A stretch of 64,000 bases of DNA, taken from Candidatus Micrarchaeota archaeon. Its GTDB lineage: Archaea > Micrarchaeota > Micrarchaeia > Norongarragalinales > SBBD01. A program made the translations under genes and the position numbers. This document shows positions 47,571 to 56,989 of the stretch, one piece after another. The notes beneath the pieces are model-generated. The model saw nothing but the letters and a program-made list of their open reading frames with translations, was not told where the DNA came from and did no database searches. Position 1 is the stretch's first letter; each line of letters opens with the position of its first letter. The stretch covers positions 8,587 through 72,586 of the forward strand of contig JBDRLB010000026.1 in assembly GCA_043813365.1 (NCBI GenBank). Direction: 5' to 3'.

Positions 47571-50500
47571 ATGGCCCGATACCTCCTCTTGCTGCTCTTT
47601 TTAGTGCTTTTCATCCAGCCGCTTCTTGCGGTCCCGACGCAGATCGCCTCCGGCCAAAGCGTCCTTACGATACCGCGTCATAAAATATTCCAATCCCAGA
47701 CGAACCCGAACGAAATTTGGGCGATCTTCCAGGGCCCCGGAACTGGAAATGGCAATAACTTCATCAAAACAACCAATGGCGGCACAACCTGGAGCACTCC
47801 CCTTACAATCAGGTATTACCTCGATTACCATGCCTCCCTTGACGGCGATTCAGCAGGCAACCTTTACATTGCGGATCCCGATTCAGGCGCGGCATATTTC
47901 CGCAAGGTGAATTACCCGGGTGCCAGCACATCCGATTTCGGGCCCGAAATGCATCTCACTTCCGCCTACATCCCTTCGGGTGTGGGCACCCGCAACAACG
48001 TGATTGTGCAAAGCACAAATAGCATTTTCGTTATTGCGCGGACATCCGTGAACGCCGTAGGCAATATCCGATATTTCCATTCCACCGATGGCGGCATCAC
48101 CTTCCCGCAGCAGGGATGGGTTTCCGATACGGGCTATGACAATGTGAGGATCGGCTCCATGCTCGTCAATGGGCAGCCCGCAGTAGTTGTATGGTACAGC
48201 GACGATTCCTCATCAACCGGCTGGGGTTACAGATATTTCATCTGGAACGGCAACTCATTCGTCGCCAACCCCGACTCAACCATAGTGTGGGGATCGAAAA
48301 TCTACAGGAGGGAATACGGGATGAATTTCGTTGATGGCGACATGCACGTAATATATGAGGATAATTACGGCCATCTTCTACATTCATGGAAGCCCTACAA
48401 TGGCGGCACCGGCAGCTGGAACCAAATAACTGTTGAAACCCTCCCATACGACCCGGCTGCCTGGCATCCCTCCCTTACAAGGCACGGCAACGACCTTTAC
48501 TTATTCTACATCAGGCAGGTTACGAGCACTTCCGGGAACAACGCTGTAATGTACCGCAAATGGAACAAGGCAACAAGCTCATGGAGCGCCGCAACCATGC
48601 TCTCAACTACAACCGGAGTCCCCAACGGCTTCCCCCACGGCCCCGCAGCTGTCAACCCTTCCTCCACTTTCATCCCTGTTATTTGGGATTCGGTGGGGGC
48701 AATTATGTTCGAGAAAGTATCAACAACTTCCCAGCCTTCCCCATCCGTTACTGCTTCACCGAGCCCTTCCCCATCACCCAGCCCCTCCCCATCAATTTCC
48801 CCCTCGCCTTCCGCTTCCCCGTCCGCATCACCTAGTGTTGCAGCATCACCATCCCCATCGCCCAGTGTTCCGCCTTCCTCCAATACGATTTTCGGCAACA
48901 TCAATTACATAGGCAGTGCCAAGAGCCTTGGCGCAGCCAAGCGCTGCACATTATTCACCTCCTACTCCAACGTTTACGCAACCGCAATAAATGCGCGCAT
49001 CGCCGGCAGTTCCGGTATATCCTGCTCATTTGGGATTTACCGCGCCTCGAGCAACAGCCTTTCAAACCTCCTCTATTCCAGCCCGACTTTCCCAGTAACC
49101 AGCACAACCGAAGCGTGGTTCATGCAGCCAATAGGCAGCCTATCCCTTGCAGCCGGCCAATACGGGTTATGCACTGTTTGCAATGGCGATTGGGGCTATT
49201 CCAGCCAGGACACTCCGGCTGGCATCATGCGCGGAAATTCCATCCTGAGTTTTGAAGATCCCTTCACTACGGCCGGCCAATGGACCGGTGTTTACAATGC
49301 GACTATTTTCGTAAACGTCTCCACTGGAATTCCAACTGCATCGCCTTCCGTCGCACCCAGCCCGAGCGCATCGCCCTCTCCGGCCGCAAGCCCTTCACCC
49401 TCGCCAATTCCCTCCCCTAGCATTTCACCTTCTCCTTCCCCGAGCCCATCCCCGTCTCCCAGCACAGCGCCGCCATCCGGTCATTTCACCGGCTGCTCTG
49501 ATCCGGCTCTTTCGCCCCTGCTTGGCGGCCGCACATGCGTCCCAGTGACAACTTGCGGAATAACTTTCACCTCAAACCGCTATTACCTTTTAACACAAAA
49601 TGTGCAAAGCGACGGCACCTGCTTCCTCATTGAAAACGCACCCAACACAGTCCTCGACCTGAACGGCTATACCGTTACTTTCGGCCTCAATCCCCCTTAT
49701 GTTGCAAGCTGCGGCGGTTCCAGCGGCTATATTTGCGCTTACGGAATAAGGAACCGCTATAGCGACAACGCGAAGATGACTAACGGGAATATCGTCCAAG
49801 CAAAGGGCGTAAATTTATTGTCCATTAGCAGTGCAGTAAGGGTTGCCGCAAACAATCCTGAAGTTTCCTACCTGAACATTTCCGTTTACAGCAATGACAG
49901 CGGGGTCATCTCCATATTCGGAGGCGGATACGGTTCCGTCCACCACAATGAAATTTACTCCACTGCATCAATCATCACAAATAGGCATTTGGTACGTGCA
50001 GGCATCGAGGTTGGAGACGGATCAAATAGCGTTTCGATTTACAACAACAAGATCATCGGAGTCCCCCAATTCGGGATCTCCTGCGCCTGGCCAAGGGATT
50101 ATGCAACCTACCCGATTGACACTCCGATCAATTGCGACATCCATCACAACTACATCAGCCAGGACGCGTCCCGCACGTCAAACGGCTATGCCATAGGCTC
50201 GGATTCATTCTCGACAATCCACGATAACGTCATCGAAACAGCAGCCGGCCGGGGCATCGGCTTTTCACGCCCATACCTTTTCATTTACAATAACATCATC
50301 AATGTTACCCAGCCGAATACCGGGGAAGGCGGATCCGCAACTGCACATGGGATCCAGCTTGAGGATTTTGCTTCCCATTCCATGATTTACAATAATACCG
50401 TGTTTTCATGGAGCTCCCTACCTGACGGAGGCACAAGCCCGTTGGGGATACATCACTGCGAAGCGAACCTCAATCTTACCATTTATGGCAACACCTTCAT

Positions 50501-52682
50501 TTCCTATTTCAGGGGCGGCCCCGGAGTGAATTTTGCGTTAGGATCGGGATCGGACACCTCCTCCTCCGCATGCGGAGGGGTGAACATTTACGACAACGTT
50601 TTCATGAGCAACAGCCGAGCGATTTCCAGCTATTACGGCGGCGGGATCCGCGGATACAACTTCACCAACAACCGCTTCATCCTCCTGACCCCCACAATCT
50701 CCTCGACAAGGTTCTTCGATATGGCTGGGGAAATTTCGACTGAAAATACCTTCCTCAACACGACCCTTATAGGGTACAGCTACCGCGATATGTATTCCAG
50801 CAACGTTGCCGCTTACACCGTCAGCTGGTTCCTCGACATAAGCGTTTACGACAGCGGTGCAGCTGCAAACGGCGCCCAAGTGCAGGTTGTAAGCGCACGC
50901 GGCAACACCCATTCCGCAACAACCGTGAATGGAAAAGCGCATTTCGAACTTCCGCAAGCGGATTACCGTTATTCCGGAGGGCTCACGACAACGGAATACA
51001 ACAGTTACGTGATTACGGTCACCCTCAACGGCCAAACGCAAACCAGGACCGTAGACTTGACGAGATCCCTGCTTGAGCAGTTCTATTTCACAACGACTCC
51101 CTGCACAAACGGCAACACGCAAAGCTGCACCACTTTGCAAGGCTGCTCCGGATCGCAGACATGCATTTCCGGAACCTGGAACGCCTGCACAGACAACAAC
51201 CCGAATGACAATTGCCCGCCTGACAATGCCCCCACTGTTTTCCTCAATTCCCCGAACAGCGGCTATTCAACATTCGGCAATTCAGTCACATTCAATTGCT
51301 CTGCGAATGATGATTTCGGCCTCACCAACCTTGATTTATTCACCAACACCGCAGGTTCCTGGCAGGCTTCATCAACGAGGTCCGTTTCCGGCACAACAAC
51401 AACCCAGACCTATACGTTAAGCAGCCTCTCTTCTGGTTCCTACATCTGGAACTGCCGTGCAACCGATTCAACCGGAAAAACATCCTTCAGCTCCATCAAT
51501 TACACGTTCTCCGTATTGCAGCCGATCTACAATTTCTCCCTCTCAACCGCATCGGATTACTTCTCAGTGCAGCCGAATTCCATCATAACAAGAACCTACA
51601 CTATTTCAAACAACGGCAACCAGAACCTTGCGGCATTCGCATGCACCTCGAATGCCAGCTGGGCGGCAATTTCAAATTGCCCTCCCTCGCTTCAAGTTGG
51701 GAACAGCACGACCATTTCCGCATCATTCAATACGGCGGGTTTGGCTGAGGGAATTTACGGCGTCCGCTTGGCATTCTCCGAACCCAATGCGGGTGCAAAA
51801 ACAATTGCTATTGTAGTGAATGTCACTTCAACTCCCGTAAACCCGATCCCGGCAATATCCAATGTGAATGCAACCCCCTCCTACAATTCCGCAACAATCA
51901 TTTGGAATACGGACATCAACTCTAACTCAACCGTTTCATACGGCACCAGTCAAGCCAACTTGAACAACTCGGCAAATAACGGCGATAATGTGCTTTCGCA
52001 CTCCCTGTTGCTATCTCCACTCTCGCCCTCCACGCAATATTATTACCGCATAATGAGCTGCTCGTTGGGCGGATGTTCCAGTTCTGCAATCCAGAGTTTC
52101 AACACCACTGCATTGCCCACTGGCTGCGCATACTACAATCCGCCTTGCCCATCCGGCTACTCCTGCCAGAGCAATGCATGCGTTGCGACTTACGTGCCCC
52201 CATCCGGGCCCGGCAACGTGTATTACCCGCCAAGCTACCCGCAAGCTTCCCCCTCAATAAGACCATCCGCCTCCCCATCAACTTCCCCAACAATTTCCCC
52301 CAACCAGCAATTTGTTGAAACCGTATTGGAAATAGAGGAGCAGCTCCCGGAAATTGATTTCGACGTTCAAGGGCAAAAGGATATTGCGGACATGCTCGCG
52401 CAGGCAAAGGAACTGCAGCGGCAAGGCCGAACAGAACAGGCACTGGTGCTGCTTGGGAAAGCAAGGGACAAGCTGAGGCAGACGGCTGATGCCGCAAAGG
52501 ACAGCAAGGCGAGCTTCTCGTGGCTGGTTGTTGCGATAATAATCATCCTGCTCCTCGCTATAGCGATTTATTACGTGAAGAAAACCCATTACAAAATAAC
52601 CGAACTGCAAGGAATAAAATCCGTGCCTCCAGAAGAAAAGAAACCGGACACATCCGCAAGTTACGAAGAGACGCTGAAATAA
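47571..52682 (+). CDS. Giant (1703 aa) modular cell-surface protein, paralog of 40842-47480: N-terminal BNR propeller domain, shared mid module, parallel beta-helix, shared C-terminal module, TM anchor and cytoplasmic tail.
   Basis: TATA GCATATATATATCA about 30 bp upstream. Signal peptide. Co-linear similarity to the 39421 protein (N-terminus) and to 40842-47480 (mid module and ~490-aa C-terminal module, including nearly identical TM and cytoplasmic tail). Confidence 0.8.
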   Translation: MARYLLLLLFLVLFIQPLLAVPTQIASGQSVLTIPRHKIFQSQTNPNEIWAIFQGPGTGNGNNFIKTTNGGTTWSTPLTIRYYLDYHASLDGDSAGNLYIADPDSGAAYFRKVNYPGASTSDFGPEMHLTSAYIPSGVGTRNNVIVQSTNSIFVIARTSVNAVGNIRYFHSTDGGITFPQQGWVSDTGYDNVRIGSMLVNGQPAVVVWYSDDSSSTGWGYRYFIWNGNSFVANPDSTIVWGSKIYRREYGMNFVDGDMHVIYEDNYGHLLHSWKPYNGGTGSWNQITVETLPYDPAAWHPSLTRHGNDLYLFYIRQVTSTSGNNAVMYRKWNKATSSWSAATMLSTTTGVPNGFPHGPAAVNPSSTFIPVIWDSVGAIMFEKVSTTSQPSPSVTASPSPSPSPSPSPSISPSPSASPSASPSVAASPSPSPSVPPSSNTIFGNINYIGSAKSLGAAKRCTLFTSYSNVYATAINARIAGSSGISCSFGIYRASSNSLSNLLYSSPTFPVTSTTEAWFMQPIGSLSLAAGQYGLCTVCNGDWGYSSQDTPAGIMRGNSILSFEDPFTTAGQWTGVYNATIFVNVSTGIPTASPSVAPSPSASPSPAASPSPSPIPSPSISPSPSPSPSPSPSTAPPSGHFTGCSDPALSPLLGGRTCVPVTTCGITFTSNRYYLLTQNVQSDGTCFLIENAPNTVLDLNGYTVTFGLNPPYVASCGGSSGYICAYGIRNRYSDNAKMTNGNIVQAKGVNLLSISSAVRVAANNPEVSYLNISVYSNDSGVISIFGGGYGSVHHNEIYSTASIITNRHLVRAGIEVGDGSNSVSIYNNKIIGVPQFGISCAWPRDYATYPIDTPINCDIHHNYISQDASRTSNGYAIGSDSFSTIHDNVIETAAGRGIGFSRPYLFIYNNIINVTQPNTGEGGSATAHGIQLEDFASHSMIYNNTVFSWSSLPDGGTSPLGIHHCEANLNLTIYGNTFISYFRGGPGVNFALGSGSDTSSSACGGVNIYDNVFMSNSRAISSYYGGGIRGYNFTNNRFILLTPTISSTRFFDMAGEISTENTFLNTTLIGYSYRDMYSSNVAAYTVSWFLDISVYDSGAAANGAQVQVVSARGNTHSATTVNGKAHFELPQADYRYSGGLTTTEYNSYVITVTLNGQTQTRTVDLTRSLLEQFYFTTTPCTNGNTQSCTTLQGCSGSQTCISGTWNACTDNNPNDNCPPDNAPTVFLNSPNSGYSTFGNSVTFNCSANDDFGLTNLDLFTNTAGSWQASSTRSVSGTTTTQTYTLSSLSSGSYIWNCRATDSTGKTSFSSINYTFSVLQPIYNFSLSTASDYFSVQPNSIITRTYTISNNGNQNLAAFACTSNASWAAISNCPPSLQVGNSTTISASFNTAGLAEGIYGVRLAFSEPNAGAKTIAIVVNVTSTPVNPIPAISNVNATPSYNSATIIWNTDINSNSTVSYGTSQANLNNSANNGDNVLSHSLLLSPLSPSTQYYYRIMSCSLGGCSSSAIQSFNTTALPTGCAYYNPPCPSGYSCQSNACVATYVPPSGPGNVYYPPSYPQASPSIRPSASPSTSPTISPNQQFVETVLEIEEQLPEIDFDVQGQKDIADMLAQAKELQRQGRTEQALVLLGKARDKLRQTADAAKDSKASFSWLVVAIIIILLLAIAIYYVKKTHYKITELQGIKSVPPEEKKPDTSASYEETLK

Positions 52683-52739
52683 GCGCGGCGCCCCCATCGA
52701 GCCATAAGCAAAGGAATTGCCTTAGATGAAGGCGCTGGT

Positions 52740-52747
52740 TTAAATAC
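52740..52747 (+). promoter_or_regulatory. TATA box (TTTAAATA) about 26 bp upstream of the ATG at 52770 (leaderless-type).
   Basis: Spacing typical of archaeal leaderless promoters. Confidence 0.35.
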
Positions 52748-52769
52748 GGATAAAAATTAACTTTAAAGC

Positions 52770-53900
52770 ATGGTGGAAAAATTCTGGCTATTGGCACCCT
52801 TGCTGATTTTCGCCGCAATCCCGGCATATGCGCAGGAGGCGCCTCCCTCTCTCCCTCCCGGAGGTTTCGAGGTGAATCTGTTCTTCGTTGATTCCTACAC
52901 TTCGGAGCCGCTGCGTGAGAGGATGGTGCTTGCAATTTATTCGGCCAACGATACGCAGGAGTGGGTGCTGAGGAAAACGGACGGCCGGGGCGTAATCGCG
53001 CTTATAATGGATGGCGGCACCTACGACCTTGTTGGGGAAATCAACGACCGTGCCGCCTCACCCGGAAATGATTTTTTCGCGAGGAAACGGCTTTCCATAG
53101 AATCCAGCCGGAATTTCACCGTGCAGATGATGCCCGTCGGCACTCTCATCGGCACCGTGCTTTTGGACAATTATGCGGTTGAAAACGCACGGATCTCCCT
53201 GAAGTGCGCATCATCACTTTACGACATGGGCGAATTCTACAGGAATGTCAAAACTGACGAGCTCGGCACGTTTTCGCTGAGGAACGTCCCGGCTGAAAGC
53301 TGCGAAATATTTGCCAGCTACAATGGAAAATCGGGCAGGGAAAACATTGCACTGCAGCAAGGGCAGCTGCTCCGGGTGGATATACGACTCGAGCAAAAAT
53401 TATCCGAGAACCCCGGGCCGAACTATTTGGAGATCATCCTGATACTCTTTTCCTTCCTCGTATTGGGCCTGGTGGTTTACAAGAAATATTTCGCGGAAAA
53501 AAAGGTTCATTTCAGGGGCGTTGGAAATAAGGGCATGGAAACTGGCGAAAAAAAATCTGTTGCTGCGGATAGGAAAATTATCCCTAAAAAAATAAATAAT
53601 AAATTGGAGAGTGCGGAGGAATCCGGATCAGGTGATATTGCTGGCAAAGGGGGAAAAGTCCGAGTCAACAAGAAAATGGATGGCATCATACGCACGCTGA
53701 ATGAGAACGAGAGGAAAATAATCGAATTCATCATTGCCCAGAATGGAAGGAGCCGCCAGAACCGGATTTACCATGCGCTGCTGATACCGAAAGTGTCGCT
53801 CTCGCGCGCAATATTTTCGCTGGAGAACAAGAACATCGTGAAAACGCGCTCTCTGGGGAAGGTGAAGGAAGTTGAATTGAGTGATTGGTTTCTCCAGTGA
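52770..53900 (+). CDS. Membrane-anchored one-component regulator: signal peptide + extracellular carboxypeptidase-regulatory-like beta-sandwich + single TM + cytoplasmic winged helix-turn-helix.
   Basis: Signal peptide MVEKFWLLAPLLIFAAIPAYA. CarboxypepD_reg-like unit (GTVLLDNYAVENARISL...DELGTFSLRNVPAESCEIFASYNG). TM helix YLEIILILFSFLVLGLVVY. C-terminal wHTH of MarR/ArsR type (NENERKIIEFIIAQNGRSRQNRIYHALLIPKVSLSRAIFSLENKNIVKT). Confidence 0.55.
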   Translation: MVEKFWLLAPLLIFAAIPAYAQEAPPSLPPGGFEVNLFFVDSYTSEPLRERMVLAIYSANDTQEWVLRKTDGRGVIALIMDGGTYDLVGEINDRAASPGNDFFARKRLSIESSRNFTVQMMPVGTLIGTVLLDNYAVENARISLKCASSLYDMGEFYRNVKTDELGTFSLRNVPAESCEIFASYNGKSGRENIALQQGQLLRVDIRLEQKLSENPGPNYLEIILILFSFLVLGLVVYKKYFAEKKVHFRGVGNKGMETGEKKSVAADRKIIPKKINNKLESAEESGSGDIAGKGGKVRVNKKMDGIIRTLNENERKIIEFIIAQNGRSRQNRIYHALLIPKVSLSRAIFSLENKNIVKTRSLGKVKEVELSDWFLQ

Positions 53901-54006
53901 ATGAGCTAAATAGGCGGAATTTGGCTTATTTTCCTATAAAGAGGTCTATTTAATGTTATTTTTCAGATTTTAAGTAAAATTAATTATTTATAATCAAAAT
54001 GAAGCT

Positions 54007-54030
54007 ATTTGGTACGATTTATTACCAAAT
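54007..54030. promoter_or_regulatory. Perfect palindrome ATTTGGTA-N8-TACCAAAT between the regulator gene and the CARDB gene.
   Basis: 8-bp perfect arms with an 8-bp spacer, 16 bp upstream of a TATA-like TTTAAATA (54046-54053). Confidence 0.3.
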
Positions 54031-54151
54031 TGATCCGCCCAACCTTTAAATATCGCTTGAAGTAATCATAATACCCACTTAGGCAAAATTGCCATGCCAG
54101 AGCAAACCCGGCTTGCCGTTTTGCCAGTTATAGTAAACAAGGTGCGTTTGA

Positions 54152-56971
54152 ATGAATAAGTCGATTGCATTCTTTGTATGTGCGGTTTTCATTTTTTCAT
54201 TGCTTCCTTTTGCATATGCAACAACCCCTACTCCGACAATTTCCCCCTCTCCGACTGTGATTGAAAGCGGAACCGCAACCAGCGGCGGAATAGGAGGGAC
54301 GGCGATCCTAATAAAATCCTATTCCTATACGGTTAATTTCAAGCAAGGCTGGAACCTGTTTTCAGTGCCGCTTACGAACAGCAGGATCATTTCAACTGAT
54401 TGCGTGAAAAAGCCCATATATTATTACAATACGGGGCAAAACCAGTATTATTCACAAGGAGGGTTTGCTGTTGGAACTGAATTGCTAGGTGGTTTCGGCT
54501 ACTGGTACAAATCAGATTACAATTGCAAGGCAACTTTCATGGGCTCCGGCCATTATGCACTTCCGTTTGGAATGGAGCTAGGGGCAGGCTGGAACCAGAT
54601 TGGCGCGCCATACGATACAATTAATTTCAAAGAGATGGCGGGCAACTGCGATGTTGTTTCGGGGCCCTACAAATTCAATACTGCTGCTTACAAATGGGAA
54701 AAAGCAGAAATGCTCCAGAAAGGGGAGGGGTACTTCATCAAAGTGAGGAACGCATGCGCACTCAGTGCACAGCCGCCCAATCCGCCAGAATCCCTGCCAG
54801 ACCTGACAATTTCAGAATTGCCATCGATGCCGTCGCCCAATGCCGGAGATACAATTTCCCTGAAGTACATCGTGAAGAACATTGGCCCTGGCAAAGCGGG
54901 CTCCTCGGTGCTTAAAATCGGAGGCAACACTGGTGGGCTGTATTCAGTCCCTTCATTAGGTGCGGGCGAGCAATATGCGGCGTACCACAAATTCATCGTC
55001 CCTTCCTCGCAAGTGCAGATAATCGTGACTGTTGATTCAAACAACCAGGTTGAGGAAAGCAATGAGAACAACAATCAATTCGTGCAGTACCTATATGTGG
55101 GGAATAACACCCAGAAAGGGTTCGATCCCGGGATCGTGGAGATTTCCCTCTCAAATAGCAACCCTAAGGCGGGCGAAGCGTTTACCATAAATATTCCAGT
55201 AAAGAATTACGGGGATGTGGGCGGCTACATCACTAGCTTCTCACTCGGCCTTACTGGCGGCGGAGAGGGAAATAACCTCGGTGGAGGGTTCGGCATGGCG
55301 GAGGGCGGAAACAGGTACCTCGGTCCCGGGGAAACCTATATTTACCAGGCAAACAGCCAAGTCCTTCCAACTGGGGGAATGTGGACTGCAACCGCAACTA
55401 TTAGCGCAACGAACGACATCAATGCGGGGAACAACGTATACAAAAGAACGCTCTATGTGGCTCCTGCCAGCACCGGATTCGACCTCGGGATATATGTGAT
55501 TTCCATTTCACCCTTATCGCCTAAGGTAGGCGACACCATCACCGTCACTGCCTATCTCTATAATTATGGCGACACGGGCGGTTATCTGAAAGGGCACTCC
55601 TTTTCGATTTCAGGGCCAACTGGTGCCCAAGGCGGAAGCGCTACCTCGCCCGTATCGGGCACGTACATTGGAGGTCACCAATATTATACTCTGAGTTCAA
55701 CATTTTCAAACACTTTCAATGCGGCCGGGAGCTGGAATGTCAAGGCGTCAATCAGCCCGGAGGGCGACATCAATTCCGCAAACAACCAGCTGGATAAGCA
55801 ATTTGCCGTCAGCGAGTCCCCAACCAACTGCGAGTATTATGGTGACGGCTCGAGGTCGGGAATGAAAATCAACTGCAAATGGCATGCAAACAACGGCTAC
55901 ATCGTGCAGCTGAAGGACGTATCCTCATTCGCGCCCCAGAGGGCGCAATTTGATGTGCTGACATCTGCCGGTTCACTCGTAAAGAGGGTGTATTTGGGAA
56001 CAGGTGAAAGCACCGTTGTTACTGAAGCGGGGAATCTTTACCTATACGTAAATAACATGGCATTTTACCAACCCGCCACGAATTCCTATGTTGACCTGAC
56101 AATAAAATCAAACTACCAGCAGAATACTGGCTTCGACCTTGGAGTATATTCAATAAGCATTTCACCGCAGCAGCCGAAAGTGGGCGAATCTGTCACAATA
56201 ACTGCCAATCTCTACAATTACGGGGATACGGGCGGCTACCTGAAGGGGCACAGCTTCAATTTTGAAGGCCCCCAGAGTTCCATGGGTGGCGGCGGGGGCT
56301 CTGCGCCAATAAGCGGTGGAACTGGAATTTACATCGCAAGCCATCAATATTACACAATAACCTCCACGTTTGCAAACACATTCAATACGGCTGGAAACTG
56401 GAAGGTGAAAGTAACAATCAACCCGGAAAATGACTACAATTCTGCAAACAATCTCATGGATAAGACCTTCTACGTCGAAGCGCAAGGGACCAATACGACC
56501 CCCTCGCCATCTATTTCTCCCACTCCTTCAATTACCGCGACTCCGTTCACTCCCCAATTCTTTGACCTTTATATCAGGAATTCGTATTGGGCTTCCCCAT
56601 CACTGATTTCGCTCTTCAATCCTGCCGACAGGTGGAGGTTTGTCGGAACGCAGCAGCTTGCATCCAGCGGGTCATACGTTTCCATTGCCGGAATGGAGGA
56701 TTCGATAAATTTTGACCGCGATTACAACGACATGGCTTTTGACGTGACTTCGGTGAATGATGTCAAGCGCGTCTCGGTCAAGATCAATTCCTGCAATTCA
56801 GCCGCTGCGGATGCAGTTTGGGTAAAATACCTCCAGCCGGGGAATTCAACGGCAATGATAATGGAAACGAACGAATATGTAATCGGGGAATATCCGGAGA
56901 TAATGGTATTTCCCCAATGCTCCGGGAATGAGGGAAAATCCCGGTCCGTGTGGATCTACGGGGCCGCATAA
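54152..56971 (+). CDS. Secreted 939-aa protein with an N-terminal ~180-aa domain shared with the next gene and multiple CARDB-like repeats.
   Basis: Signal peptide. CARDB-like units (LPDLTISELPSMPSPNAGDTISLKYIVKNIGPGKAG...). Two long near-identical internal repeats (GFDLGIYVISISPLSPKVGDTITVTAYLYNYGDTGGYLKGHSF... vs GFDLGVYSISISPQQPKVGESVTITANLYNYGDTGGYLKGHSF...). GGTG SD 8 nt before the ATG. Confidence 0.65.
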   Translation: MNKSIAFFVCAVFIFSLLPFAYATTPTPTISPSPTVIESGTATSGGIGGTAILIKSYSYTVNFKQGWNLFSVPLTNSRIISTDCVKKPIYYYNTGQNQYYSQGGFAVGTELLGGFGYWYKSDYNCKATFMGSGHYALPFGMELGAGWNQIGAPYDTINFKEMAGNCDVVSGPYKFNTAAYKWEKAEMLQKGEGYFIKVRNACALSAQPPNPPESLPDLTISELPSMPSPNAGDTISLKYIVKNIGPGKAGSSVLKIGGNTGGLYSVPSLGAGEQYAAYHKFIVPSSQVQIIVTVDSNNQVEESNENNNQFVQYLYVGNNTQKGFDPGIVEISLSNSNPKAGEAFTINIPVKNYGDVGGYITSFSLGLTGGGEGNNLGGGFGMAEGGNRYLGPGETYIYQANSQVLPTGGMWTATATISATNDINAGNNVYKRTLYVAPASTGFDLGIYVISISPLSPKVGDTITVTAYLYNYGDTGGYLKGHSFSISGPTGAQGGSATSPVSGTYIGGHQYYTLSSTFSNTFNAAGSWNVKASISPEGDINSANNQLDKQFAVSESPTNCEYYGDGSRSGMKINCKWHANNGYIVQLKDVSSFAPQRAQFDVLTSAGSLVKRVYLGTGESTVVTEAGNLYLYVNNMAFYQPATNSYVDLTIKSNYQQNTGFDLGVYSISISPQQPKVGESVTITANLYNYGDTGGYLKGHSFNFEGPQSSMGGGGGSAPISGGTGIYIASHQYYTITSTFANTFNTAGNWKVKVTINPENDYNSANNLMDKTFYVEAQGTNTTPSPSISPTPSITATPFTPQFFDLYIRNSYWASPSLISLFNPADRWRFVGTQQLASSGSYVSIAGMEDSINFDRDYNDMAFDVTSVNDVKRVSVKINSCNSAAADAVWVKYLQPGNSTAMIMETNEYVIGEYPEIMVFPQCSGNEGKSRSVWIYGAA

Positions 56972-56989
56972 TTTTAAATGAGGTGTTTT

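Noticed and set aside
50538-51140. 200-aa minus-strand ORF inside the 1703-aa gene.
   Set aside because: It is antisense to a beta-helix module and has no independent support.
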